A stretch of 64,000 bases of DNA, taken from NCBI GenBank assembly GCA_030065575.1, contig JASJDZ010000024.1:1717-65716 (forward strand), read 5' to 3'. Positions 9,670 to 19,414 of this stretch are shown here, piece after piece (position 1 is the stretch's first letter; every line of letters begins with the position of its first letter). This DNA comes from Acidimicrobiia bacterium (GTDB lineage Bacteria > Actinomycetota > Acidimicrobiia > Spongiisociales > UBA5794). The position numbers and the translations under genes are program-made. Below the pieces are notes generated by a model. The model worked only from the letters and a program-made list of their open reading frames with translations, ran no database searches and was not told the DNA's origin.

Positions 9670-10128
9670 ATGAAGCCGAAATTGCAGAAAACCTACTCGC
9701 CGAAGCCGGGCGACCTGAGCCACGATTGGTTCGTCGTCGATGCGGCCGACATTCCCCTTGGCCGTCTGGCTTCGAATGTCGCCCAGATTCTCCGGGGCAA
9801 GCACAAGCCGACCTTCGCACCCCATGTTGACGGTGGCGACTACGTGATTGTCGTCAACGCGGAGAAGGTGGCGGTCACCGGGCGCAAAGAGGAAGAAAAG
9901 GTCTACTACCGGCACTCGGGTTACCCGGGTGGGCTGCGCGCCTCATCGCTGCGCCAGCTGCGGGAGACCTATCCGGATCGTGTCATCAGGAATGCGGTCA
10001 AAGGAATGCTCCCCAAGAACCGGCTGGGACGGCAAGTCCTCGGCAAGTTGAAGGTTTATGCCGGTCCCGACCATCCCCACGCTGCGCAGAATCCGCAGCT
10101 GCTCGACATCAGAAAGGTAGGAGCCTGA
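9670..10128 (+). CDS. rplM: 50S ribosomal protein L13
   Basis: 152 aa; W.VVDA....LGRLAS.VA..LRGKHKP.F.PH.D.GD.VIV.NA. Confidence 0.97.
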   Translation: MKPKLQKTYSPKPGDLSHDWFVVDAADIPLGRLASNVAQILRGKHKPTFAPHVDGGDYVIVVNAEKVAVTGRKEEEKVYYRHSGYPGGLRASSLRQLRETYPDRVIRNAVKGMLPKNRLGRQVLGKLKVYAGPDHPHAAQNPQLLDIRKVGA

Positions 10129-10520
10129 TGGCAAAGCCGCTCGTTCAAGCTACCGGCCGCCGCAAGAGCTCCATTGCCCGAGTCCGGCTGTATCCGGGCT
10201 CAGGGGAGATGTCGCTCAACGGTCGTCCGCTCGAGAACTACTTCCCCCATGCCGCACTGCGGCAGCGGGTCATGGAGCCGCTCCGTGTGGTTGAAGCTGA
10301 AGGTCAATACGACGTTGTGGCCAAGCTCGAAGGTGGCGGTACCACCGGGCAAAGCGACGCGCTCCGACTCGGCATTGCCCGCGCTCTGGTCGAGGTCGAC
10401 CCCGAGTTCCGTCCCACGCTCAAGAAGGGTGGCATGCTCACCCGGGACGCCCGCCGGGTCGAGCGCAAGAAGTACGGTCTCCGCAAGGCCCGTCGCGCCC
10501 CGCAGTTCACCAAGCGCTAG
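10128..10520 (+). CDS. rpsI: 30S ribosomal protein S9
   Basis: 130 aa; GRRK.S.ARV.L.PG.G...NGR...GGG..GQ..A.R.GI.RAL...R..KKYG..KARR.PQF.KR. Confidence 0.97.
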   Translation: MAKPLVQATGRRKSSIARVRLYPGSGEMSLNGRPLENYFPHAALRQRVMEPLRVVEAEGQYDVVAKLEGGGTTGQSDALRLGIARALVEVDPEFRPTLKKGGMLTRDARRVERKKYGLRKARRAPQFTKR

Positions 10521-10525
10521 GGCCG

Positions 10526-11845
10526 ATGGCAGGCGTCAATCGCCTCTTTGGCACCGATGGTGTGCGCGGCCGCGCTAACACCGATCTCACCGTCGACATG
10601 GCGTTGGATCTAGCGCGGGCGGCCGGAGAGAGCATGGAGGGCCCGGTGGTGGTGGGGCGTGACACCCGCCGCTCCGGTCCGATGTTCACTACCGCGCTGC
10701 ATGCCGGCTTCAGCTCGGTGGGGGTCGACACGATCGACGTCGGAGTGCTGCCGGTTGGGGGCGTGTCCCGGTTGATCCGCCAGCTCGAGGCGCCCTTAGG
10801 CGTGATGGTCAGTGCTTCCCACAATCCTGCGCACGACAACGGCATCAAGTTCCTCGGGCCGAACGGTGGCAAGCTCGATGATGAGCAGGAAGCGATCATC
10901 GAAACGCGATACCGGCGGGGAGCCCCGTGGAAGCACCCGGATGGAGCACTCATCGGCATGCGGGCCAAGATGCCCGAAGCCATCGATCGTTACGTCGACA
11001 ACCTCGCCGAGAACACGGAATACAGTCTCCGCGGGTTGGAGTTCGTTCTCGACTGTGCCAACGGCGCAGCTTTCGAGGCAGCGCCCCGGCTCCTCGAGAA
11101 GCTCGGTGCCTCGGTTGAGGTTCATGCGGCCAGCCCCGATGGCCTGAACATCAACTCGGGCTGCGGTGCGACGACACCCGAGTATGTCGCTGAGTTCGTC
11201 AACGGCCGGGTGGGGCTGGCGTTCGACGGCGATGCTGATCGGTTGATCGCTGTTGATGAGAACGGCGAGGTCGCCAACGGCGACGTGCTCATGGCCATCT
11301 TTGCGAAGCACCTGAAGGATGCCGGCAAGCTGCGCAACAACACGGTGGTCAGCACCGTCATGGCGAATCTGGGCTTCCGAAAGGCTATGGAGCAGCTCGG
11401 CATCGACGTCGAGGAGACCGCGGTAGGCGACCGCTACGTGTACGAGCGGATGCGTCAGGTCAAGGCTGCGCTCGGCGGCGAGCAATCCGGGCACATCATC
11501 TTCTATCGCGGGACCACCGGCGACGGGCTGCGTACTGCGGTGCGGCTGGCCGAAGTGCTTGCTGCTACCGGCCAGCCTCTGGCCGAGCTGCGCAAGATCA
11601 TCACCGAGTACCCGCAGGTTCTGCACAACATCGTCGTTGCCGACAAAGGCAAGCTCGAGGCATCGGAAGCCATCTGGGGTGCAGTCGGCGACGCCGAGCG
11701 GAAACTGGGCGACGACGGGCGAATCCTGGTGCGGGCATCGGGCACCGAGCCTCTCGTGCGGGTGATGGTCGAAGCCCCAACCGAAGAGGTCGCCGAGGAA
11801 GTCGCCGGCGATGTCGGGGCTGTAGTGACTGTCGCCCTCGGGTAG
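10526..11845 (+). CDS. glmM: phosphoglucosamine mutase
   Basis: 439 aa; FGTDGVRG.AN; active-site SASHNP; GDGDADR; GGEQSGH. Confidence 0.95.
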   Translation: MAGVNRLFGTDGVRGRANTDLTVDMALDLARAAGESMEGPVVVGRDTRRSGPMFTTALHAGFSSVGVDTIDVGVLPVGGVSRLIRQLEAPLGVMVSASHNPAHDNGIKFLGPNGGKLDDEQEAIIETRYRRGAPWKHPDGALIGMRAKMPEAIDRYVDNLAENTEYSLRGLEFVLDCANGAAFEAAPRLLEKLGASVEVHAASPDGLNINSGCGATTPEYVAEFVNGRVGLAFDGDADRLIAVDENGEVANGDVLMAIFAKHLKDAGKLRNNTVVSTVMANLGFRKAMEQLGIDVEETAVGDRYVYERMRQVKAALGGEQSGHIIFYRGTTGDGLRTAVRLAEVLAATGQPLAELRKIITEYPQVLHNIVVADKGKLEASEAIWGAVGDAERKLGDDGRILVRASGTEPLVRVMVEAPTEEVAEEVAGDVGAVVTVALG

Positions 11846-11881
11846 CGTCGGCGGTACTCCCTAGGCCCTTCCCTCCCTCGT

Positions 11882-11925
11882 TCTGGCGTACACAGCGACG
11901 ACATATTGGCGTCAGATCCGCCAAA
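11882..11925 (+). repeat. REP-like palindrome, family 1 (TCTGGCG...CGTCAGA), degenerate copy
   Basis: Outer stem TCTGGCG/CGTCAGA (one G-U on the + strand) with central CATAT; overlapping alternative hairpin TTGGCG/CGCCAA; downstream of glmM. Confidence 0.5.
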
Positions 11926-11977
11926 ACCGGGGGTTCGGTTAGGCTGTCGCCCACAACAGAACACCGACCGGAGATAA

Positions 11978-12125
11978 CCAGAAGCGCCAGCCCTCGCGGA
12001 ACTCAATTCCCTGAGGTGACGAGGTGGAGGGTGATCGATTAGTCGGCGGGTGCCCTCTCGGCCGTCCACGGCCGTGACGAAGCGGAAAAGCCCGGGAGCG
12101 ATCCCGGGGACAAAGCCGCTTCCAA
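11978..12125 (+). ncRNA. glmS ribozyme: glmS ribozyme (GlcN6P-dependent self-cleaving riboswitch)
   Basis: A|GCGCCAG cleavage-site core at 11983/11984; GUGACGAGGUGGAGGGUGAUCGAUUAGUCGGCGGGUGCC core; P3/P4 region GGCCG-UCCA-CGGCC ... CGAAGCGG-AAAAG-CCCGGG..CCCGGG-GACAAA-GCCGCUUCC. It matches the architecture and conserved stretches of Bacillus/Thermoanaerobacter glmS ribozymes as recalled from memory, and sits 55 nt upstream of glmS. Confidence 0.88.
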
Positions 12126-12179
12126 GTGGAGCAAGGTTCCTTGCAGCACACCTCCGGTCCAGCACCAGGAGGTTCCCGC

Positions 12180-14003
12180 ATGTGCGGAATCATGGGCTAC
12201 GTCGGCCCGCAACAGGCGGCTCCCGTACTTCTCGATGGCTTGCGTCGTCTCGAGTACCGGGGTTATGACTCGGCAGGAATTGCCGTCACCAACGGCAATA
12301 TCGATGTCCGCAAGGCCGAAGGCAAGATCGATCGCCTGGCCAGCCTGCTCGATGAGCAGCCCCTACACGGCACGATCGGCATCGGCCATACCCGCTGGGC
12401 GACCCACGGCGTTCCCAGTGATCTGAACGCCCATCCCCATACCGATCCCTCCGGCGAGTTCGTGGTCGTTCACAACGGGATCATCGAGAATTTCCAGAGC
12501 CTGCGCGAGGAGCTGCAGGAAGAAGGGCATGACTTCACCTCCGATACCGACACCGAGATCCTGGCTCACCTCGTTGCCAACGAGTACGAGGGTGATCTCG
12601 AGTCCGCAGTGCGGCAAGCCGTTGCCCGTGCCGAGGGAGCATATGCGCTCGTAGTGATGACCATGCGGGAGCCGGGCAAGATCGTTGCTGTACGTCGCAT
12701 CAGCCCGCTCATCGTCGGCCTCGGCGACGGCGAGACCTTCCTCGCTTCGGACATCCCCGCCGTGCTCCACCGCACCCGGGACTTCCTGATCATCGAAGAC
12801 GGGGAGATGGTTGTCGTAACCGAGGATGGTGCCACCATCGAGACAATCGATGGCGATCCGGTGGCGCGCGACGTACTGCACATCGACTGGGATGCCGAAC
12901 AGGCCGAAAAGGGTGGCTTTGACCACTACATGCTCAAGGAGATTCATGAGCAGCCTGCGGTTGTCACCGAGACGTTGGCAGGGCGGTTGGACGAGGACGG
13001 TACTGCCTGGCTCGAAGATGTCGTCTTCTCCGATGAGTTCGCCCGGGAGTTCGATGAAGTGTGGATCACCGCTTGTGGGACGGCATTCCACGCCGGTCTG
13101 GTCGGCAGGGAGATCTTCCGACGCCTGCTGCGGATCCCGACATACGTCGAGTACGCCCACGAGCTGCGGTACAAGGACCCCCTCATTTCGTCGCGGAGCC
13201 TGACTGTTGCGATCAGTCAGTCGGGCGAGACGGCCGACACTCTGGCGGCAGCCCGGTTGGCCAAAGAGCGTGGCTCGCGTCTGCTGGCGTTGACCAACGT
13301 CGTCGGCAGCACCCTGGCGCGAGACTCCGACGACATTCTCTACACCAGAGCCGGGCCGGAGATCTCGGTCGCCTCAACCAAGGCATATCTGGCGATGCTG
13401 ATTGCTCAGTATCTCCTGGTGCTTCGGATCGGGCGGGTGCGCGGCGTTGTCGATGAAGATCTGGCCAGCCGCGTGGCCCACGGGCTGAGCCTGCTACCGG
13501 GCCAGGTCGAGCAGTTACTCCATCGGGAGGAGGAGGTCATAGCGGCAGCCGAGCAGATTCTGCACGCCGAGGATGTCTACTTCATCGGCCGCGGGCTTGA
13601 CTACGCAGTGGCAATGGAGGGTTCGCTGAAACTCAAAGAGATCAGCTACCTGCACTCAGAGGCAATGCCGGCCGGGGAGCTCAAGCATGGGACGCTGGCT
13701 CTCATCACGGAGGGGACGCCGGTGATCGTCGTGCTCACCCAGCAGGCGCTGTACGACAAGACGATCTCGGCGGTGCAGGAAGTCAAAGCTCGCGGGGGCA
13801 AGGTTCTGGCAGTTGCCTATGACGATGACGAGCAGATCCACAAGTTCGCTCACAGCGTGCTGCGGATCCCGCGTGCCGATGATCTGCTCGGCCCCGTCGC
13901 CGCTGTGGTCCCGCTACAACTCCTCGCCTATCACGTGGCTCGGCTTCGTGGGCATGACATCGACCAGCCGCGCAACCTGGCGAAATCGGTGACCGTGGAA
14001 TAA
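12180..14003 (+). CDS. glmS: glutamine--fructose-6-phosphate aminotransferase
   Basis: MCGIMGYVG start (catalytic Cys2) preceded by AGGAGG; two SIS domains; C-terminal PRNLAKSVTVE. Confidence 0.97.
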   Translation: MCGIMGYVGPQQAAPVLLDGLRRLEYRGYDSAGIAVTNGNIDVRKAEGKIDRLASLLDEQPLHGTIGIGHTRWATHGVPSDLNAHPHTDPSGEFVVVHNGIIENFQSLREELQEEGHDFTSDTDTEILAHLVANEYEGDLESAVRQAVARAEGAYALVVMTMREPGKIVAVRRISPLIVGLGDGETFLASDIPAVLHRTRDFLIIEDGEMVVVTEDGATIETIDGDPVARDVLHIDWDAEQAEKGGFDHYMLKEIHEQPAVVTETLAGRLDEDGTAWLEDVVFSDEFAREFDEVWITACGTAFHAGLVGREIFRRLLRIPTYVEYAHELRYKDPLISSRSLTVAISQSGETADTLAAARLAKERGSRLLALTNVVGSTLARDSDDILYTRAGPEISVASTKAYLAMLIAQYLLVLRIGRVRGVVDEDLASRVAHGLSLLPGQVEQLLHREEEVIAAAEQILHAEDVYFIGRGLDYAVAMEGSLKLKEISYLHSEAMPAGELKHGTLALITEGTPVIVVLTQQALYDKTISAVQEVKARGGKVLAVAYDDDEQIHKFAHSVLRIPRADDLLGPVAAVVPLQLLAYHVARLRGHDIDQPRNLAKSVTVE

Positions 14004-14088
14004 CCCGGAACCTGTCGGATTGGACGGTACGTTTAAAGGTGGGAGGAGCGGTTCAATCCGTCCTGCCGGAAACGACGAAGGGGAGCCC

Positions 14089-16398
14089 ATGTCACAGGTG
14101 ACACCGCAATCCGATCCGAGCCCGGGACGCGGCCTTCCGCTCAGCGCCGCGACCGCCCTGGTCCTTGCCGTGGTGCTCAGCCTCGGCGTGTTTTGGCTGA
14201 CGACCAGCGGGGAGTCGCCGGTTGGCGTCGATCTCAACCTCTCGCCGGGCGATGCTGCGGCCCTGGTCGGGAACGATGGCCAGGTTCCCGTGACGACACG
14301 CGCTCCCGCGCCGCCCGCCGATGACGGCATGTCTGCAATGGAGGAGCCGGGCATCCTCGCTGCACCGCCGACGACCGTTGCCCCGGCCGCAAGTCGTACC
14401 GGGGCTGGTGGAGAGGATTCCATGTCCTCTGCGTTTTCCGTGCTCGCCATGGCCAGTGAGATCACCAATATGGGACCGACCGAGGTTGGCTTTGTCACCA
14501 ACTTCCCGGAGGTCGCCTACGAGTGGCAGCGGGTCGAGATCACGCTGGATGGGCCATTCGATGTCATCTGGCTCGGGGAGCTAAACGGCAATCTGGTCTC
14601 GGTCGGCAACGTGTGGAGCATCGAATCTGAGGGCGCCGAGGGTCACCGGGTCGTCACCGCAGAATCGCCGAACGGTCTCGACTGGCAAGTTGCCGGGGAA
14701 CTTGACCTCCCGAACGGAACATGGGTTTCGCGCGTTGTTAGTGACGGTGAGCGGATCTATGTGCTTGCCGACAGCTGGAACGAGGCGGACGGTACGAACA
14801 CGACCCTTCTCTACTCAAGCGACGACGGCGTGGTTTGGGACGAGCGCCGTCTCGATCTTCGTGCCGGATCCGATGAGCATCTGCATGTGCAGAACGCCGC
14901 GGCAGGGCCGGCCGGGTTGGCAATAGCAGTGTCTTTCGATTCCTACCCGGAGCAGGAGCCATCCCTGCTCGACTTCGGTGACGTGCAACTCGAACTTGAT
15001 CATCGCTCTGGCACCTACAAGCTGTTTGACGCAGCTTCAGGAGACGAGTTGCTCAGTGGCTCGCTTGACGACATATACGGCTCCAGCGCGGACGGGCAGA
15101 CGATCTATCACCCGGAGACCGGCGAGTTGCTGACCACGGTCCCCTGGGAGATCTGGGAGAACGCGTTCAATCGGTTCTACGAGGGGCGCGGCGTCGGCTC
15201 GCCGTTGCCGCTGCCCATCTCATCCGTTGAGCCTGAGGATCCGCCGGTGATAAGCATCGAGCACGATGGCTACGTGATCGTTATCGACGAGTATGCGTAT
15301 GAGTTCTGGGTCGCCGATGCCGAATCGGGAGAGCAGATTGCATCGGGATCAATGGAGTTCGTCTACCAGAGTCCGCCACCGCAGTTCGTCGATCCAGATT
15401 CCGGCGAGGTGCTGCTGAGCGTCACCTGGGACGAGTGGTATCGCGCCGAGGAGGAGTCGTATCGGCTTCTCGGAACCTATCACTACGAGTACACCAGCAG
15501 GACCGAGCTGCTGACATCTACCGACGGTGTCAGCTGGCAATCGACCGAGATCCCGGCGCGACAGGGTGCCCACGTGTCCTCTCTGGTTCCGACCGAGTCG
15601 GGCTTCATTGCCATGGTCAACACTTACGGAGAGTTCGGTGACCAGCGGTCGGTGTGGTCGTTGCGGGATGGTGCCTGGACGAGCACCGAGGCCGAGTCTG
15701 CCGACCTCTGGCTACATCAGGTGGCGATGGCCCAAACCGGGTTCTTTGCTGTCGGAGACGGTTCCGGTGGGCCTGCGCTGTGGTCCTCCCCGGATGGTGT
15801 GAGCTGGGTCTCCGAGTTCGCCATAGTTCCGCAGGATGACGGATCCTACGTGTCGCTGAGCGCAGTTGCGGCCGACGAGAGCGGCACGGTGGGGGCTCTT
15901 GCCCGCCGCGAGAAATGGAACGAGTACGAACCACTTGTCATCGAGAAGGATGGGTACACGTTGCGGTTCGAAGAAGCCGATATCGCCCTTCGGGTCGTCG
16001 ACGCAGCCGGGGTCGACGTCTTGGTGCTCGACTGGTACTCCTTCGAGGAGGACGCTTTTTCGGACGTTGCAACCTGGGACGATGGCGTCACCTACATCAA
16101 CTTGGACAATGGCGATGTGATCGCCATCCCCGACGAGGAGGCCTACGCAGCCATTGAGACCCGATGGGAGGATCAAGGCGCGATGGGGCTCAGCGTCTTC
16201 CTCAAGGACGGCGCGACCTGGTCTGAGGCAATTGTCGAGGTTGAAGGCGGGATGAGTGGTGGCAACCGGCTTCTCATGATCGACGGGCGCATCATCATCG
16301 GCGGTTCCTACTGGCAGGGGGGTGAGGAGCTGTACCGCTCTGAGGTCGTAGAGACTGGATCCTTCGTGGTCATCGTAGGTACGCCGATTGGTGGGTGA
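14089..16398 (+). CDS. membrane-anchored extracytoplasmic protein with BNR/Asp-box repeats (beta-propeller-like)
   Basis: N-terminal TM (LPLSAATALVLAVVLSLGVFWL); three Asp-boxes SSDDGVVW, STDGVSW, SSPDGVSW; ATG 14089 has a GAAGGGGAG Shine-Dalgarno (ORF track begins at 14020). Confidence 0.6.
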   Translation: MSQVTPQSDPSPGRGLPLSAATALVLAVVLSLGVFWLTTSGESPVGVDLNLSPGDAAALVGNDGQVPVTTRAPAPPADDGMSAMEEPGILAAPPTTVAPAASRTGAGGEDSMSSAFSVLAMASEITNMGPTEVGFVTNFPEVAYEWQRVEITLDGPFDVIWLGELNGNLVSVGNVWSIESEGAEGHRVVTAESPNGLDWQVAGELDLPNGTWVSRVVSDGERIYVLADSWNEADGTNTTLLYSSDDGVVWDERRLDLRAGSDEHLHVQNAAAGPAGLAIAVSFDSYPEQEPSLLDFGDVQLELDHRSGTYKLFDAASGDELLSGSLDDIYGSSADGQTIYHPETGELLTTVPWEIWENAFNRFYEGRGVGSPLPLPISSVEPEDPPVISIEHDGYVIVIDEYAYEFWVADAESGEQIASGSMEFVYQSPPPQFVDPDSGEVLLSVTWDEWYRAEEESYRLLGTYHYEYTSRTELLTSTDGVSWQSTEIPARQGAHVSSLVPTESGFIAMVNTYGEFGDQRSVWSLRDGAWTSTEAESADLWLHQVAMAQTGFFAVGDGSGGPALWSSPDGVSWVSEFAIVPQDDGSYVSLSAVAADESGTVGALARREKWNEYEPLVIEKDGYTLRFEEADIALRVVDAAGVDVLVLDWYSFEEDAFSDVATWDDGVTYINLDNGDVIAIPDEEAYAAIETRWEDQGAMGLSVFLKDGATWSEAIVEVEGGMSGGNRLLMIDGRIIIGGSYWQGGEELYRSEVVETGSFVVIVGTPIGG

Positions 16399-16436
16399 TC
16401 GGGAAGTAGCGCGGCTGCACTCGGTACTCTGATCCC

Positions 16437-16811
16437 ATGGAAATCATGGGTATGGGAGTCGATCTGGCCGAAGTGAGCCGGGTGCGCCGCCTGCTCGGCC
16501 GAGACGCGGAGCGTTTTCGCGAGCGATGCTTCACCGACCACGAATGGGCATATGCCCAGCGGTTCCGCGACCCGTCTGAACGGCTCGCCGCCCGCTTTGC
16601 CGGCAAAGAGGCCGTGATGAAGAGCCTCGGTGTCGGATGGCGCCACGTGCCGTGGCGTGATATCGAGATCACCGGTGGCGGAGCGCCAACGGTGAAGCTC
16701 TCCGGAAGAGCAGCGCGGCGTGCCGAGATGCTCGGCGTCGACCGCGTGATGATCACGATCACCCACACCGGCGATCAGGCCCTGGTTATGGCCCTCGCCG
16801 TCGCCGACTAA
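16437..16811 (+). CDS. acpS: holo-[acyl-carrier-protein] synthase
   Basis: 124 aa; GVDL.EV.R..........F..R.FT..E...A.......ERLAARFA.KEA..K..G pattern of AcpS-type PPTases. Confidence 0.88.
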   Translation: MEIMGMGVDLAEVSRVRRLLGRDAERFRERCFTDHEWAYAQRFRDPSERLAARFAGKEAVMKSLGVGWRHVPWRDIEITGGGAPTVKLSGRAARRAEMLGVDRVMITITHTGDQALVMALAVAD

Positions 16812-16817
16812 CCCTGT

Positions 16818-16862
16818 TCTTGCGTAGATCCGTCGGCACTGAGACGACGGATCTACGCATGT
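16818..16862 (+). repeat. REP-like palindrome, family 1 (TCTTGCGTAG...CTACGCATG)
   Basis: Perfect 14-bp stem GCGTAGATCCGTCG/CGACGGATCTACGC (16822-16835 / 16845-16858) between acpS and nnr; outer arms match the family-1 core. Confidence 0.65.
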
Positions 16863-16892
16863 TCGGAAGGGATACGGAGATACAATCTCCCG

Positions 16893-18302
16893 ATGCGCCT
16901 TGTGATCACACCGGAGGAGTCGAACCGGCTCGATGCTGCTTCCGAGGAGCCGGTTGAGATCCTGATGGAGAGAGCCGGTCTCGGGGTTGCGCTGGCGGCG
17001 GCAGCCATGGGAATCGGGTACGGGTCGCGGGTCGCCGTCCTGGCCGGCCGAGGCAACAACGGCGGTGATGGATACGTGGCGGCCCGCTATCTGAAGAACC
17101 GTGGCGCACAAGTTACGGTGCATGCTCTGGGATATCCCCGGGGCGACTACTCACCGGCCCGTCTCGCGGCGATCCGCGCCGCCGCCGCCGGTGTGAAGAT
17201 CGTCGAGCTTGGTGACCCCGAACCGGCAGATCTGGTTATCGATGCACTGTTTGGTGTCGGCTTCCGCGGCGAACTGCCGGGAGCCGTCTTGCCGTGGCTT
17301 GATCACGACGGTGCTGTGCTCTCCGTCGACGTCCCCAGTGGTCTGCAGGCGGGGACCGGGACAGTTGCCGGCGAATCCTTCACCGCAGATGTCACCGTCA
17401 CTTTCCACGCACTCAAGCCCGGCCATCTGCTCGGCGGAGGCCCGGAGAGGTGCGGTTTCGTCGACGTAGTTGATATCGGCCTGAAGGGCGGGGTGCCCGA
17501 ACTGCGGTTGTGCGACGCGGTTGATGCCCCGGTAGCCAATCGCTCCCGAACCGCGCACAAGTGGTCGGTCGGTTCGGTCGCCGTGGTCGGCTCGAGCAGG
17601 GGAATGGTCGGTGCCGGAGTACTCACGGCGCAGTCCGCTCTCAACGCCGGTGCGGGAAGCGCATCGGTGGTTTGTCCGGCGGGAACGCAGGCGCAGGTTG
17701 CGGCAATGACTCCCGGCCTGCTCACCCACGGGTTTGGCAACGACGATCGCTTCGATTCCGACGATCTACCCGCAGTCCTCGAGTACACGGACAGGTTCGA
17801 TGTTGTTGTGCTCGGCCCCGGGCTCGGTTCGGACGATGGGTTCACCGCTGAGTTCGTTGCCCGAAGGGAAGGCAAGCTGCTCATCGACGCCGACGGCCTC
17901 AACAACCTCGGCAGCGTGGACACACTCGCGTCCCGCAAGGACCCGACCATCATCACGCCGCATGCCGGAGAGTTCCGCCGACTGACGGGGCGGGACGCTT
18001 CTCACGAGGCCGCATCGACAGTCCACGAGGAGACGGGAGCCGTTGTCCTGCTCAAGGGCAACCCGACCTTCGTCCTCGGCTCCGAGCGCTGGGTGGTTAC
18101 TTCAGGAGGGCCGGAGCTGGCAACAATCGGAACCGGCGATGTCCTCGCCGGCGTTGTCAGTGCGTTGTGGGCCTGCGGGCTCGACGGCGAGGTGGCCGCT
18201 CGTTCCGGTGCCTTCTGGCACGGTGTCGCCGGCTCGGATCTGGCCTCCCGTCGTACCGTTACCGCAACCGAACTGATGAGCGCAATCGGGGAGTTCCTTT
18301 GA
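16893..18302 (+). CDS. nnr: bifunctional NAD(P)H-hydrate epimerase / ADP-dependent dehydratase
   Basis: 469 aa; N-terminal YjeF_N (GRGNNGGDGYV.AR.L) plus C-terminal carbohydrate-kinase domain (HKW..G.V.VVG.S....GA..L...., GTGDVLAG). Confidence 0.88.
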   Translation: MRLVITPEESNRLDAASEEPVEILMERAGLGVALAAAAMGIGYGSRVAVLAGRGNNGGDGYVAARYLKNRGAQVTVHALGYPRGDYSPARLAAIRAAAAGVKIVELGDPEPADLVIDALFGVGFRGELPGAVLPWLDHDGAVLSVDVPSGLQAGTGTVAGESFTADVTVTFHALKPGHLLGGGPERCGFVDVVDIGLKGGVPELRLCDAVDAPVANRSRTAHKWSVGSVAVVGSSRGMVGAGVLTAQSALNAGAGSASVVCPAGTQAQVAAMTPGLLTHGFGNDDRFDSDDLPAVLEYTDRFDVVVLGPGLGSDDGFTAEFVARREGKLLIDADGLNNLGSVDTLASRKDPTIITPHAGEFRRLTGRDASHEAASTVHEETGAVVLLKGNPTFVLGSERWVVTSGGPELATIGTGDVLAGVVSALWACGLDGEVAARSGAFWHGVAGSDLASRRTVTATELMSAIGEFL

Positions 18303-19414
18303 GGCCTTCGCACGTTGAGGTTGACCTAAACGCCATCTCTCACAACACATCGGTGATCGCCGGTGCAGTCGCCCCCGCCATGCTGTGTGCGGTCGTCAAA
18401 GCAGACGGCTACGGCCACGGCGACGTGCCCTCTGCCGAGATGGCGCTCGACGGTGGCGCACAGTGGCTGGCGGTTGCGCTGGTCGAGGAAGGCATCCGGC
18501 TTCGCGATGCGGGCATCGATGTGCCGGTTCTGCTCCTATCCGAGCCCACCAAGGAGGAAGCCCCTCTCGCCGTGAAATGGAACCTGGTTCCGACCGTCTA
18601 CCGGCGCACCTTCACTGAACTGCTGGCTGCTGAGGTTGACGAGGGCACCGTGCTCCCCGTTCACCTGAAGATCGATACCGGGATGCATCGGGTTGGAGCC
18701 TCACCAGAAGCCGCGCTCGACCTAGCGGTATTCGTCAATGAGCATCCCCGCCTCGAGCTGCAGGGCGTGTGGACCCATTTTTCCGTTGCAGACGAGGATC
18801 CCGTCTTCACCAAGGTGCAGATCGATCGCTTCGACGCGTTCGTAGGCGAACTCAGTAGGCGCGACATCGATCCGCCGCTACTTCATGCTGCGAATACCGC
18901 AGGCGGCCTGATGTTCGATTCCGCTCGCTACTCGATGGTTCGCGCCGGCCTTGGCATCTACGGTCTGCGGCCGGCCGCCGACACCGCACCGGAGCTCGAT
19001 CTGCGGCCGGCGATGCGGGTCATTTCGGCGGTGTCATTCGTGCGCGATCTACCGGCCGGCGCCCGCCCGTCTTACGGCCGGCGGCGTGCCATGCCCGCCG
19101 CAGGCCGGGTGGCCACTGTGCCGATCGGATACGCCGACGGGGTATACCGCCAACTGTCGGCGGTGGGAGGGGAGGTTCTGATCAGGGGCAAGCGCTACCC
19201 ATACGCGGGCACCGTGACGATGGACCAGATTGTTGTCGATGTCGGTAGCGATGACGTTGCGGTCGGTGATGAGGTGGTGGTGATGGGTGCGCAGGGCACC
19301 GATGCGGTCACCGCTGAGGAGTGGGCAGGCTGGATGGATACCATCAACTACGAGGTTGTCTGCAACTTCGGGCCCAGGCTGCCCCGGCACTACCGGAGGG
19401 GCTGTGGTCTCTAA
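18299..19414 (+). CDS. alr: alanine racemase
   Basis: LRPSHVEVDLNAISHN...AVVKADGYGHG (PLP-Lys motif); probable TTG start at 18299 overlapping the nnr stop (ORF track starts upstream at 18167, inside nnr). Confidence 0.88.
   Translation: MRPSHVEVDLNAISHNTSVIAGAVAPAMLCAVVKADGYGHGDVPSAEMALDGGAQWLAVALVEEGIRLRDAGIDVPVLLLSEPTKEEAPLAVKWNLVPTVYRRTFTELLAAEVDEGTVLPVHLKIDTGMHRVGASPEAALDLAVFVNEHPRLELQGVWTHFSVADEDPVFTKVQIDRFDAFVGELSRRDIDPPLLHAANTAGGLMFDSARYSMVRAGLGIYGLRPAADTAPELDLRPAMRVISAVSFVRDLPAGARPSYGRRRAMPAAGRVATVPIGYADGVYRQLSAVGGEVLIRGKRYPYAGTVTMDQIVVDVGSDDVAVGDEVVVMGAQGTDAVTAEEWAGWMDTINYEVVCNFGPRLPRHYRRGCGL

Noticed and set aside
12126-12179. Upstream ATG start for glmS
   Set aside because: GlmS needs Cys as residue 2 (MCGI...), which places the start at 12180 behind AGGAGG. 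The extension would begin 3 nt after the ribozyme 3' end (12123) and run over the AGGAGG SD of the 12180 start.
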